From NCBI GenBank assembly GCA_002688105.1, contig NZBQ01000016.1, positions 30,851 through 94,850 of the forward strand: 64,000 nt of DNA, read 5' to 3'. A model generated the notes under the pieces. It was not told where the DNA came from, ran no database searches, and was given only the letters and a program-made list of their open reading frames with translations. Made by a program: the position numbers and the translations under genes. How positions within the stretch are numbered: the stretch's first letter is position 1; each line of letters starts with the position of its first letter. This DNA comes from Dehalococcoidales bacterium. GTDB taxonomy: Bacteria > Chloroflexota > Dehalococcoidia > Dehalococcoidales > GCA-2688105. Of the stretch, positions 8,998 through 17,610 are shown in pieces.

Positions 8998-10212
8998 ATG
9001 CGGGAATGGTTTATTACTTACGGGGTATGGATATTAATTGCCGTGGTGGTGGGGTTCATCCTCTTCTACCTTCTCCGGCGCTGGGCGCCCCACATTGTAG
9101 AAAAAGTCGTGCCTAAGCAGTGGCAAGAGCAACTGAAAGGCAGCCAGAGGGTAGTCACCTGGGTCATTATAGGTATCGGCGGGGTGATACTAGCCCTGGC
9201 GGTAACTGCCGTTATTGTCTCCCGCTATGGGGTAGACGTCACACCAGCTCTGAAAACGGTAGGCGGCTGGCTCTTGGAGCACGGTGTTCCCATTCTCATC
9301 ATCATTTTGCTGTCATTTCTAACCCACCGGGTAGTTAAGGTAGCCATGCCCCGGCTAATAGAGAGGGCAATCACAATAAGAGGCAGGGGGCGCCGTGCCA
9401 AGGGAGAATTAGCCAAGAGGGCACATACACTAAGTGGTTTTCTTACTACCGCTATTGGTGCCGTCATCATAATAGTCGCTATATTCATGCTTCTTTCCGA
9501 GGTGGGTATAGACATTACCCCTCTCCTGGCTGGAGCTGGAGTTGCCGGTATCGCCTTAGGTTTTGGTGCCCAAAGCCTGATCAGAGACTTCCTCAGCGGG
9601 CTATTTATCATACTTGAGGACCAATACAGTAAAGGTGATGTGGTGCGGATTGCCGGTATCGCCGGTCTGGTGGAAGATGTCAGCCTGAGAAGAACCGTTC
9701 TCCGCGACCTTGATGGTATTGTTCACAGCATACCCAATGGCGAAGTTAAGACAGCGAGCAACTATACCAAAGAGTGGTCAAGGGTTAATCTGAACATCCC
9801 GGTAGCCTATGGTGAGGACCTTGACCGGGTGATAGAGGTCCTAAACCAGATAGGCAAAGAATTAGCCGCAGACGAAACCTTTGGTCCCATGATCATAAAA
9901 GCCCCCCAAGTGCTCAGGGTTGATAAGTTCGGAGATTCTGCCATTGAGATAAAGGTATTGGGCGATACCAAGCCGCTAAAACAGTGGGATGTAACGGGCG
10001 AACTGAGAAAGAGGGCTAAGAAAGCCTTTGATGAGGAAGGGATAGAGATTCCGTGGCCACACGTGAAGCTCTACTTTGGACAGAGCCAGCCTAATAAAGA
10101 CTTGACCTGTCCGGCTTGTTCTCATGTCAATCTTCACGGCAGTAAGTTTTGCGCCAACTGCGGTGCCAGCCTTAGCTCTCAAGCATACTCACCATCAGCA
10201 CCAGAATTATAA
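8998..10212 (+). CDS. MscS-family mechanosensitive channel with a C-terminal zinc ribbon
   Basis: TM helices plus an MscS beta-domain (GDVVRI.G..G.VEDVSLR.T.LRD.DG), with a tail CPACSHVNLHGSKFCANCG. Confidence 0.85.
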   Translation: MREWFITYGVWILIAVVVGFILFYLLRRWAPHIVEKVVPKQWQEQLKGSQRVVTWVIIGIGGVILALAVTAVIVSRYGVDVTPALKTVGGWLLEHGVPILIIILLSFLTHRVVKVAMPRLIERAITIRGRGRRAKGELAKRAHTLSGFLTTAIGAVIIIVAIFMLLSEVGIDITPLLAGAGVAGIALGFGAQSLIRDFLSGLFIILEDQYSKGDVVRIAGIAGLVEDVSLRRTVLRDLDGIVHSIPNGEVKTASNYTKEWSRVNLNIPVAYGEDLDRVIEVLNQIGKELAADETFGPMIIKAPQVLRVDKFGDSAIEIKVLGDTKPLKQWDVTGELRKRAKKAFDEEGIEIPWPHVKLYFGQSQPNKDLTCPACSHVNLHGSKFCANCGASLSSQAYSPSAPEL

Positions 10213-10309
10213 ACATATTCCAGGATTCAAGGCCTTAAAAATTATTGACAACACCTAGATTTAGGGATTAGTATTTAACGACCAACTATCATAAACAGGA
10301 GGCCAACAA

Positions 10310-10813
10310 ATATACGAGAAAATACTGGTTCCGCTGGACGGCTCAAAAGGAAGTGAAGCGATAATCCCTTACATCGTGGAGCTTGCCCCCAAGCTAAAAG
10401 CGGAGGTCCACCTCCTTCACCTATGGGAACCAGACTACTACACTATCACTGAGGAACGACTTGCCAGAATGAAATCGTCTAAAGAATCTGCTGAAGATTA
10501 CATCGGGCAGACGGCGGCTAAGCTGAAGCAGAAAGGGATAGTCGCTGAGTCTGACTTCAGGGCGTTGGACGGCGGCACCGAGGCCGATGAGATTCTCAAA
10601 GTTGCCGACGAAATCAGTGCCGATATCGTGGCTATGTCAACCCACGGCCACAGCGGTATCAAGCGCTGGGCTATGGGCAACGTCGCCGAGAAAGTTGTAC
10701 ATACGGGAAACGCGCCAGTTCTGCTGGTGAGGACACCAAAAGCTGAAAGAGAAAGGGGATATGGTGCCACTAAGGACCTGAACGAGCACATCCCCTTGCA
10801 ACATCTACATTAG
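10310..10813 (+). CDS. Universal stress protein (UspA family), apparent ATA start
   Basis: The canonical USP N-terminus YEKILVPLDGS is encoded upstream of the first canonical start (GTG 10376). AGGAGG (10297-10302) lies 7 nt before ATA 10310. A G.HG.SG motif occurs later (STHGHSGIKRW). Confidence 0.65.
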   Translation: MYEKILVPLDGSKGSEAIIPYIVELAPKLKAEVHLLHLWEPDYYTITEERLARMKSSKESAEDYIGQTAAKLKQKGIVAESDFRALDGGTEADEILKVADEISADIVAMSTHGHSGIKRWAMGNVAEKVVHTGNAPVLLVRTPKAERERGYGATKDLNEHIPLQHLH

Positions 10814-10870
10814 ACATAAAAACAGAGAGCACAGGTAGCGAGTCCGACTCTTGTCCTCTGCTCCAGGTGA

Positions 10871-10946
10871 GGCGACGTGGCCAAGTGGTTAAGGCGGCGG
10901 TCTGCAAAACCGCTATTCACCGGTTCGAATCCGGTCGTCGCCTCCA
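10871..10946 (+). tRNA. tRNA-Cys (GCA), CCA encoded
   Basis: Hand-folded cloverleaf. The acceptor is GGCGACG/CGTCGCC, the anticodon arm is GCGGT-CTGCAAA-ACCGC, and the T arm is ACCGG-TTCGAAT-CCGGT. Confidence 0.9.
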
Positions 10947-11030
10947 TTTTTTATTTTATTACAGGACACCTAGCCTCTTCTATTATCTTGAACACATAAC
11001 CCAAAAGCAGCAAAATACCGAGTGTTAATC

Positions 11031-11115
<85 letters not shown>

Positions 11116-11117
11116 GC

Positions 11118-11819
11118 TAATGTTAAGCAACTGGTAAGCAATTTCCTCAAGTCTCGACGAGAAGGGCTGTCACCTCGCACAATAGAGTTCTATAATGGTT
11201 ATCTCAGAAATGCTAACCATGTCATAGGACTCCAAGTTAACGGGCAGCATAAAGCCCAATTCCTTGATAGCCTTGTTTGCTTCTCTTAGAACTAATTGTC
11301 AATACTAACAAATCAGAGTAACGGAATTACATAACAGTCCACAGTATACTGTGAAGCTGCTTTGATGATTTTATTAAGATAATGGATATTGACATAGCCC
11401 AGAGTTACGTAAAGGTAATTGGTAAAGGACGAAAGGAAAGAATAGTTCCATTTTCCGGGATTACCAGAAGAGAATTGATTAAGTACATTAACCGCTATCG
11501 ACGGGACTTATGCGATACGGATTCGAGTTATTTATTTCCAGTAAAATATGATGGACATATTTCGGCCAACTGTATACAACAAATGATAAGGAGATTGGCT
11601 AAAAAAGTTGGATTGAAGAATGTAAAATGCCATCCTCACATATTCAGACATACTTTTGCGACCATGTTTCTGGCAAAGGGTGGCTCGCCTGTAATATTGA
11701 AGGAAATAATGGGGCATGAAAGCTTTCAAACCACTCAAAAGTATGTACATCCACAACAACAGGATTTACGGAGACAGCATATTAAGTACTCCCCAGTTGC
11801 GGACCTATTTGAAGAGTAA
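11118..11819 (+). pseudogene. Tyrosine recombinase (phage-type integrase) in two fragments, abutting tRNA-Leu
   Basis: Fragment 1 (to 11289) is a SAM-like N-domain (FLKSRREGLSPRTIEFY) with no start codon of its own. After a 92-bp gap, fragment 2 (11382-11819) carries GKGRKERIVPF, HIFRHTFAT and the catalytic-Tyr region TTQKYVH. The box I Arg region is missing. Confidence 0.75.
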
Positions 11820-11940
11820 ACTACGGTTGCACATTCTGGCTTGTTGTATAGTGGGAGGCAAGTTTCAACTTAAAGAGTGGTACAATTACTGGGGGCAGGG
11901 CAATGCTACTACCACAAGTCTGAAGCATAGGAGGAAAGAA

Positions 11941-13266
11941 ATGTCTGATTTTGATCCGCAGGTAATGAACAAAGCAGCGGAGTTGTTGCAAAACCTCATC
12001 CGGTTTGACACCACTAATCCGCCGGGTAACGAAGTACAATGTGTCAGCTATATAAATAGTCTGTTGACCGATGCTGGATTTGAAACCACCATCCTGGCTA
12101 GAGACTCGAATCGACCCAACCTGATTGCCCGTCTGAAGGGACGAGGCACGGCGGCGCCGTTGCTGCTCTACGGGCACGTGGACGTGGTCAGCACAGCCAA
12201 TCAGAGCTGGACACATCCACCATTTGAGGGAAAGATGATAGACGGCTACATCTGGGGACGAGGTGCATTAGACATGAAAGGTGGCGTAGCCATGATGCTG
12301 GCCGCTTTTCTTCGTGCCAAAGCCGAGGGCCTAACCCCAGCCGGTGATATTGTGCTGGCAATTTTGAGTGACGAGGAAACTGGTGGTGACTATGGAGCTA
12401 ACTACCTCGTAGAAAACCATGCCGAGCAGTTTGAGGGTATCCGTTATGCCATTGGGGAATTTGGCGGCTTTCCTATGTACATCGGGCAACAGAAGTTCTA
12501 TGCTATCCAAGTTGCTGACAAATGCTACTGCTGGATGAAGGTCATTCTGCGTGGGCCGGGTGGGCACGCCTCCACCCCTGTACGCAGTGGTGTTATGGCC
12601 AGACTCGCCAAGTTGCTGCAAAGCCTAGACCAGCACCGTCTGCCAGTACACGTTACCCCTGTGGCACGTCAAATGCTTGAATCAATTGCCGCAGCTATAC
12701 CTTCTCCCATGAATTCTGCCTTTCTACAACTTCTCGACCCAGCCCTGACGGACACTGTTCTGGATCAACTCGGCCTGCAGGGATTAATGTTCGATGCCAT
12801 GCTGCACAACACAGTAAATGCCACTGTTGTGCAGGGTGGGGAGAAAATCAACGTGATCCCCGGTGAAATTATCCTGAAACTGGATGGTCGCCTACTCCCA
12901 GGCTATACCTTTGATGACATGGTGGCTGAACTGCGCCCTATCATCGGGGACGACATCGAGCTGGAGATTATCCGGTACGATCCTACGATACTGGAGCCCG
13001 ACATGGGGTTATTAGACACCTTGGCAAGCATTCTACGCAAGGCCGACCCAGATGCAATTCCTGTACCTCTACTGTTGACTGCGACTACGGATGCGAAACA
13101 CTTCTCGAGGCTTGGCATTCAGACATACGGTTTCATACCCATGAACCTACCTGAGGAGTTTATCCTATTTAATCTCATCCACGCCGCTGATGAGCGAATT
13201 CCGGTAGAAGCAGTAAATTTTGGCGCTAATGCGATCTATGAAGCCTTACAGCTTTGTGGAGAATGA
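11941..13266 (+). CDS. M20-family metallopeptidase (ArgE/DapE/CPG2-like)
   Basis: LIRFDTTNPPGNE, LLLYGHVDVV, GRGALDMKGG and SDEETGG motifs. The start is ATG 11941, 6 nt after AGGAGG. The ORF-track start 11716 overlaps the integrase fragment. Confidence 0.8.
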   Translation: MSDFDPQVMNKAAELLQNLIRFDTTNPPGNEVQCVSYINSLLTDAGFETTILARDSNRPNLIARLKGRGTAAPLLLYGHVDVVSTANQSWTHPPFEGKMIDGYIWGRGALDMKGGVAMMLAAFLRAKAEGLTPAGDIVLAILSDEETGGDYGANYLVENHAEQFEGIRYAIGEFGGFPMYIGQQKFYAIQVADKCYCWMKVILRGPGGHASTPVRSGVMARLAKLLQSLDQHRLPVHVTPVARQMLESIAAAIPSPMNSAFLQLLDPALTDTVLDQLGLQGLMFDAMLHNTVNATVVQGGEKINVIPGEIILKLDGRLLPGYTFDDMVAELRPIIGDDIELEIIRYDPTILEPDMGLLDTLASILRKADPDAIPVPLLLTATTDAKHFSRLGIQTYGFIPMNLPEEFILFNLIHAADERIPVEAVNFGANAIYEALQLCGE

Positions 13267-13281
13267 TACTCTGTCTTAGCC

Positions 13282-13422
13282 TTAGCTCTTTCCAATCCTG
13301 AACATTTTAGTTCCACATGCGGGGCACACACCCTGAGTTGCGGGCCTACCATTCTTCATAGTTATGCTTCGAGCATCTTTCATTTCCCTTTTGGCCTTAC
13401 ATTTCACACAATACGCTTGCAT
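13282..13422 (-). CDS. DUF5679-like small zinc-ribbon protein (46 aa), below the ORF-track size cut-off
   Basis: MQAYCVKCKAKREMKDARSITMKNGRPATQGVCPACGTKMFRIGKS has two CxxC pairs, with a GGAGG RBS upstream. Confidence 0.65.
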   Translation of the reverse strand: MQAYCVKCKAKREMKDARSITMKNGRPATQGVCPACGTKMFRIGKS

Positions 13423-13592
13423 TTAATCTACCTCCTTTTTAGAGGAGAATAGACTATTCACAGGTAGGATGTCAATATTCTCCCCAAATTGCACCTTTGG
13501 ACGTTGTCACTCTAGTTCTTCACCAACACCACTTCCTTCTCAATGGTTGTAACTACATTCCGCACGCATAGGGTAATCCAATGTTCCTTAAG

Positions 13593-13754
13593 GTATTGAC
13601 AACTTCGTAACGATGTATGCATAGTGGATACGATTTTTAAAGCCAGAATCGACCAAAAATATTAAAGGGGGAGTATTGACAACTACAGTAACGATGTGTA
13701 CATAATGGACACGATTTTTAAAGCCAGAATCGACCAAAAATATTAAAGGGGGAG
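13593..13754 (+). repeat. Tandem duplication (80 + 82 bp) of promoter, leader and RBS upstream of the catabolic cluster
   Basis: Each copy begins GTATTGACAACT (-35 TTGACA) and ends with an identical 48 nt, CGATTTTTAAAGCCAGAATCGACCAAAAATATTAAAGGGGGAG. Only copy 2 is followed by the ATG at 13764. Confidence 0.85.
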
Positions 13755-13763
13755 TAGAGAAAA

Positions 13764-14639
13764 ATGGGAAAAATCAGCTATGTTTCGACGCCAAAACTCA
13801 ACGATTACAAGAAGCAGTTCGCGGAGCATCTCATCATGGAGCGTAAAAACGGAATCCTTCAGGTGCGCATGCACACCAACGGTGGACCCTTCAAATGGTG
13901 CTTTCAGGCGCACCAAGCGCTGGAGGAGGCTTGGTCTGTGATCGGACACGACCGTGAAAACGAGCTGCTGATCCTGACCTCCACCGATCCGTACTGGGTA
14001 GGAAAATTTGACTGCGAGGCGTTTGGGGAAACTGAGGCTAATTATACTCCGGATACACATTACGATGCACTATACCGTGGGTGCACTAAGTTAGTGGAAA
14101 ATTTCATTTTCGACATCGATATTCCCACCATCGCCGCGATCAACGGGCCTGGCCTTCACTGGGAGTTTGCATTGTTAAGCAATGTCACCCTCTGCACGCC
14201 AGACTTCGTGTTACGAGATGACCATTTCAAGGGTGGAGTTGTGCCGGGTGACGGCATGAGTCTGTGTTTACAGGGCCTGCTCGGCATCAAGCGTGCCGCC
14301 TCCATGATGTACACGTTGAAAAGCATCGATGCTAAAACCTGCCTGGACTGGGGGGTTGTAAACGAGGTCATTCCGAGGGATAAGCTCTTGGGTCGTGCCT
14401 GGGATATCGCCGAAGAAATCATGAAGCAACCTCGAGTGGTCCGTCGCCTGACGAGCCAGCTCTTGAGGCGTCCCTGGAAACGTCTCCTTGTGGATGACTT
14501 TCAGGTCCACGTTGGTCACGAGATGTATGGCTACGCCCTGTTAGATACGAGGCATCCCAACATTTTTCCGGCGATTGAAGAAACCTTCCGGGCAGAGGCA
14601 GAGGCAGGGCAAGACTCGCAGGATCAGGAAAGCCCATGA
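13764..14639 (+). CDS. Crotonase-fold protein (enoyl-CoA hydratase/isomerase family)
   Basis: 291 aa with the family layout (LILTSTDPYW.GKFD, AAINGPG..., ...GDGMS...G...A..M.). Confidence 0.7.
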   Translation: MGKISYVSTPKLNDYKKQFAEHLIMERKNGILQVRMHTNGGPFKWCFQAHQALEEAWSVIGHDRENELLILTSTDPYWVGKFDCEAFGETEANYTPDTHYDALYRGCTKLVENFIFDIDIPTIAAINGPGLHWEFALLSNVTLCTPDFVLRDDHFKGGVVPGDGMSLCLQGLLGIKRAASMMYTLKSIDAKTCLDWGVVNEVIPRDKLLGRAWDIAEEIMKQPRVVRRLTSQLLRRPWKRLLVDDFQVHVGHEMYGYALLDTRHPNIFPAIEETFRAEAEAGQDSQDQESP

Positions 14640-14715
14640 GATTGTTAGTAGTGATGACCTCCGGGGTACGAAATAGTTGTGGTGAATAGATCGTTAACAT
14701 AACATAAGGAGAGGA

Positions 14716-15576
14716 ATGAAACCTTTTGAATATTTAGCACCGAGAAGTATTTCTGAGGCATGTGCTATGCTCTCAGAACATACGGAGGAGGCAAAGTTAC
14801 TTGCTGGAGGGCAAAGTTTATTGTTTTTGCTTGAGCAGAGGCTGATTACTCTTCGACACGTTATAGATATTAAGAAACTCACCCAATTAGATTATATTAA
14901 ACGTGGACAAAATAGTTTGAAGATAGGTGCATTAACCACTCAACGTACTTTAGAACTCTCCCCATTAGTCCAAGAGAAATTTCCTATACTACGTCAGATG
15001 GAAAGAGTGGCGGCACCAATACAAGTTAGAAATTGGGGAACTATAGGAGGTAGTCTTTGTCATGCTGAACCCTCCGGAGATCTAGGCGTTGCCTTAATCG
15101 CTCTAGGAGCAAAAGTCCGGGCAGTAAGTGATAGAGGTGAGCGGGAAGAACTCTTAGAGAATTTTTTTGTTGATTATCTTGAAACTATACTTAAGCCTGA
15201 TGAGATATTAACTGAAGTTGAAGTGCCTACCTTGTTACCTCATACAGGAAGCACTTATATTAAGGAGAGTAGGATGTTTGGGGGGTTCGCTATCGTCTCT
15301 GTTGCGGTAATAGTAACCTTGAATAGAGATACGATAAGTGACGCCCGAATTGTACTAGGAGGAGTAGGCCCTACATATGTAAGGACAAGACAGGCAGAGG
15401 AATATTTGAAGGGGAAGAGGACAAAAGGAAAGTTTGAAGAAGTAGGTACGCTAGCAGCCAACGAGGTACACCCAAGTTCAGATATGGAGGGTTCCGCAGA
15501 GTATAAGTGCCATATTGCAAGGATCATTGTAAACGAGGCTGTAGTTCGATCTATTAAGCAAGCAACGTTTATGTGA
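14716..15576 (+). CDS. Molybdenum hydroxylase FAD-binding (medium, CoxM/CutM-like) subunit
   Basis: LLAGGQSL and GTIGGSLCHAEP motifs in 286 aa. There is no Cys-rich insertion of the HcrB type. Confidence 0.85.
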   Translation: MKPFEYLAPRSISEACAMLSEHTEEAKLLAGGQSLLFLLEQRLITLRHVIDIKKLTQLDYIKRGQNSLKIGALTTQRTLELSPLVQEKFPILRQMERVAAPIQVRNWGTIGGSLCHAEPSGDLGVALIALGAKVRAVSDRGEREELLENFFVDYLETILKPDEILTEVEVPTLLPHTGSTYIKESRMFGGFAIVSVAVIVTLNRDTISDARIVLGGVGPTYVRTRQAEEYLKGKRTKGKFEEVGTLAANEVHPSSDMEGSAEYKCHIARIIVNEAVVRSIKQATFM

Positions 15577-15600
15577 AAAAACAAAGGCAGGTCATTAAAA

Positions 15601-16065
15601 GTGAAACAAGAGTTTGAATTCATATTAAATGGGGAAATCTGCGATGCTTATATTGAACCATGGCACTCCTTGTTAGATCTATTACGAGAGCAGTTCGCTC
15701 TAACTGGGGCAAAATCAGCGTGTCAATCAATGACGTGTGGTGCGTGCACTGTTCTTGTTGATGGTAAAGCTGTGAGGAGTTGCTCGATACTTGCACCTCA
15801 GGTGGAAGGAAGACATGTTGTTACTATAGAAGGGTTAGGTGGGGAAGACGGATTAGATCCTCTCCAGCAGGCTTTTATAGACCACTTTGCAGTACAATGT
15901 GGCTTCTGTACGCCAGGCATGATATTGACCGCTAAAGCCTTACTAGATGAAAACCCTAATCCCACAGAGGAAGAGGTGAGAATGCACCTAACCGGGAATT
16001 TATGCCGCTGTACCGGATACGTAAAAATAGTAGAGGCGATTCTGGCGGCTAGAAAAAAGGACTGA
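15601..16065 (+). CDS. Molybdenum hydroxylase [2Fe-2S] (small, CoxS-like) subunit
   Basis: Two cluster motifs are present: CQSMTCGACTV...C and QCGFCTPGM...CRCTGY. GTG start. Confidence 0.9.
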   Translation: MKQEFEFILNGEICDAYIEPWHSLLDLLREQFALTGAKSACQSMTCGACTVLVDGKAVRSCSILAPQVEGRHVVTIEGLGGEDGLDPLQQAFIDHFAVQCGFCTPGMILTAKALLDENPNPTEEEVRMHLTGNLCRCTGYVKIVEAILAARKKD

Positions 16066-16067
16066 CA

Positions 16068-17441
16068 GTGAAAACAATTATTGAACCCTTCCGAATTAAA
16101 TCCGTTGAGCCCATTACAATAAGTAACAGAGCTGCACGGGAATATTATCTGAAAGCTGCGCATCATAATCTGTTTCTCATACATTCAAGGGATGTAATTA
16201 TAGATCTCCTCACTGATTCCGGTACTGGAGCGATGAGCAGCGAACAATGGGCAGGTATTATGCGGGGAGATGAGAGTTACGCCGGCAGTATCAGTTTTCA
16301 GAGATTTGAACGGGTAGTCCAGAATATCTGGGGGTTTGAATACATTATACCAACTCATCAGGGACGTGCTGCTGAGCGGATATTATTTTCGGTGATATGC
16401 AAACCGGGTGATATTGTACCTAATAACACTCATTTTGATACTACCCGGGCAAATGTAGAATTTCAGGGTGCTGAAGCGCTGGATATTCCTATCCCTGAGA
16501 GCAAAGTTCCTGATATGTATCATCCATTCAAAGGTAATATTGACACTGATCAACTGAAAAAAGTGATCAAAAAGAATGGCATTAAAAAAATCCCTTTGAT
16601 AATGCTGACGATTACAAACAATGCCAGAGGTGGACAGCCCGTATCCATGGAGAATATTCGAGAGACATCTGAAATAGCAAAAGAATTCGGAATTCCGCTA
16701 TATCTGGATGCATGCCGATTTGCAGAAAATGCCTGGTTTATAAAACAGCGTGAAAATAGCTACCATGATAAATCCATCAAATCAATCGTATCAGAAATGT
16801 TTTCCTATGCCGATGGATGCACCATGAGTGCAAAAAAAGATGGTATCGCCAATATTGGCGGGGTATTATGTTCTAATGACAAGGAATTAGCCAAAAAAGA
16901 AAAGGATTTGCTAATTCTTACTGAAGGCTTTCCAACATATGGAGGACTTGCAGGCAGAGACCTAGAAGCAATTGCAATCGGTCTGGGAGAAGCAATGGAT
17001 GAAGATTACCTTCAGTACAGGATTTCATCAACCCAGTATCTGGGGGAACATTTACTGAAAGCAGGGGTACCCATTTTGCAACCCCCCGGCGGGCATGCTA
17101 TTTATATTGATGCTAAAACAATGCTGCCCGATATTAAACCTGAAGAATTCCCCGGTCAATCACTGATTTGTGCATTATACAAAGAAGCAGGAATCCGCGC
17201 AACGGAAGTAGGTAGTGTGATGTTTGGTAAGAAAGATAAACAAACCGGCAAAGAAATCCAAGCAGATATGGAACTGGTTCGGTTGGCAATACCACGGCGT
17301 ACTTATACTCAAAGTCATATTGATTATGTCATTGAAGCAATTTTGCAAGTAAACGAAAGAAAGGAAAATTTACGGGGATTGAAAATGACATACCAAGCAG
17401 AGTATCTCAGGCATTTTTCAGCACAGTTCAAACCGTTGTGA
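16068..17441 (+). CDS. tnaA: Tryptophanase-type beta-eliminating lyase (tryptophan indole-lyase)
   Basis: EPFRIKSVEP, DLLTDSGTGAMS and the PLP-Lys motif MSAKKDG. HFDTT (Asp) and LRHFSAQF (His) occupy the positions that distinguish tryptophanase from tyrosine phenol-lyase. The GTG start lies 2 nt after the small-subunit stop. Confidence 0.75.
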   Translation: MKTIIEPFRIKSVEPITISNRAAREYYLKAAHHNLFLIHSRDVIIDLLTDSGTGAMSSEQWAGIMRGDESYAGSISFQRFERVVQNIWGFEYIIPTHQGRAAERILFSVICKPGDIVPNNTHFDTTRANVEFQGAEALDIPIPESKVPDMYHPFKGNIDTDQLKKVIKKNGIKKIPLIMLTITNNARGGQPVSMENIRETSEIAKEFGIPLYLDACRFAENAWFIKQRENSYHDKSIKSIVSEMFSYADGCTMSAKKDGIANIGGVLCSNDKELAKKEKDLLILTEGFPTYGGLAGRDLEAIAIGLGEAMDEDYLQYRISSTQYLGEHLLKAGVPILQPPGGHAIYIDAKTMLPDIKPEEFPGQSLICALYKEAGIRATEVGSVMFGKKDKQTGKEIQADMELVRLAIPRRTYTQSHIDYVIEAILQVNERKENLRGLKMTYQAEYLRHFSAQFKPL

Positions 17442-17610
17442 TTATTTAAAACGGAAAACGTAATGCTTGAAATGTAAAGGTAGTCGTTAACTATTTTTCA
17501 TATCTTCTCCTATTTATGTTGTAAATATTCACGTTTTATCCAAGAGGTCCAGATGGGACTCTCAAGGAAATCTGGTTATTATTTCCAGGAATTTTGAAAG
17601 GGAACGGAAA

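Noticed and set aside
11716-11940. N-terminal 75 codons of the ORF-track version of the M20 peptidase
   Set aside because: The extension overlaps the integrase C-terminal fragment and has no family similarity. ATG 11941 has an AGGAGG RBS and gives the usual M20 N-terminus.
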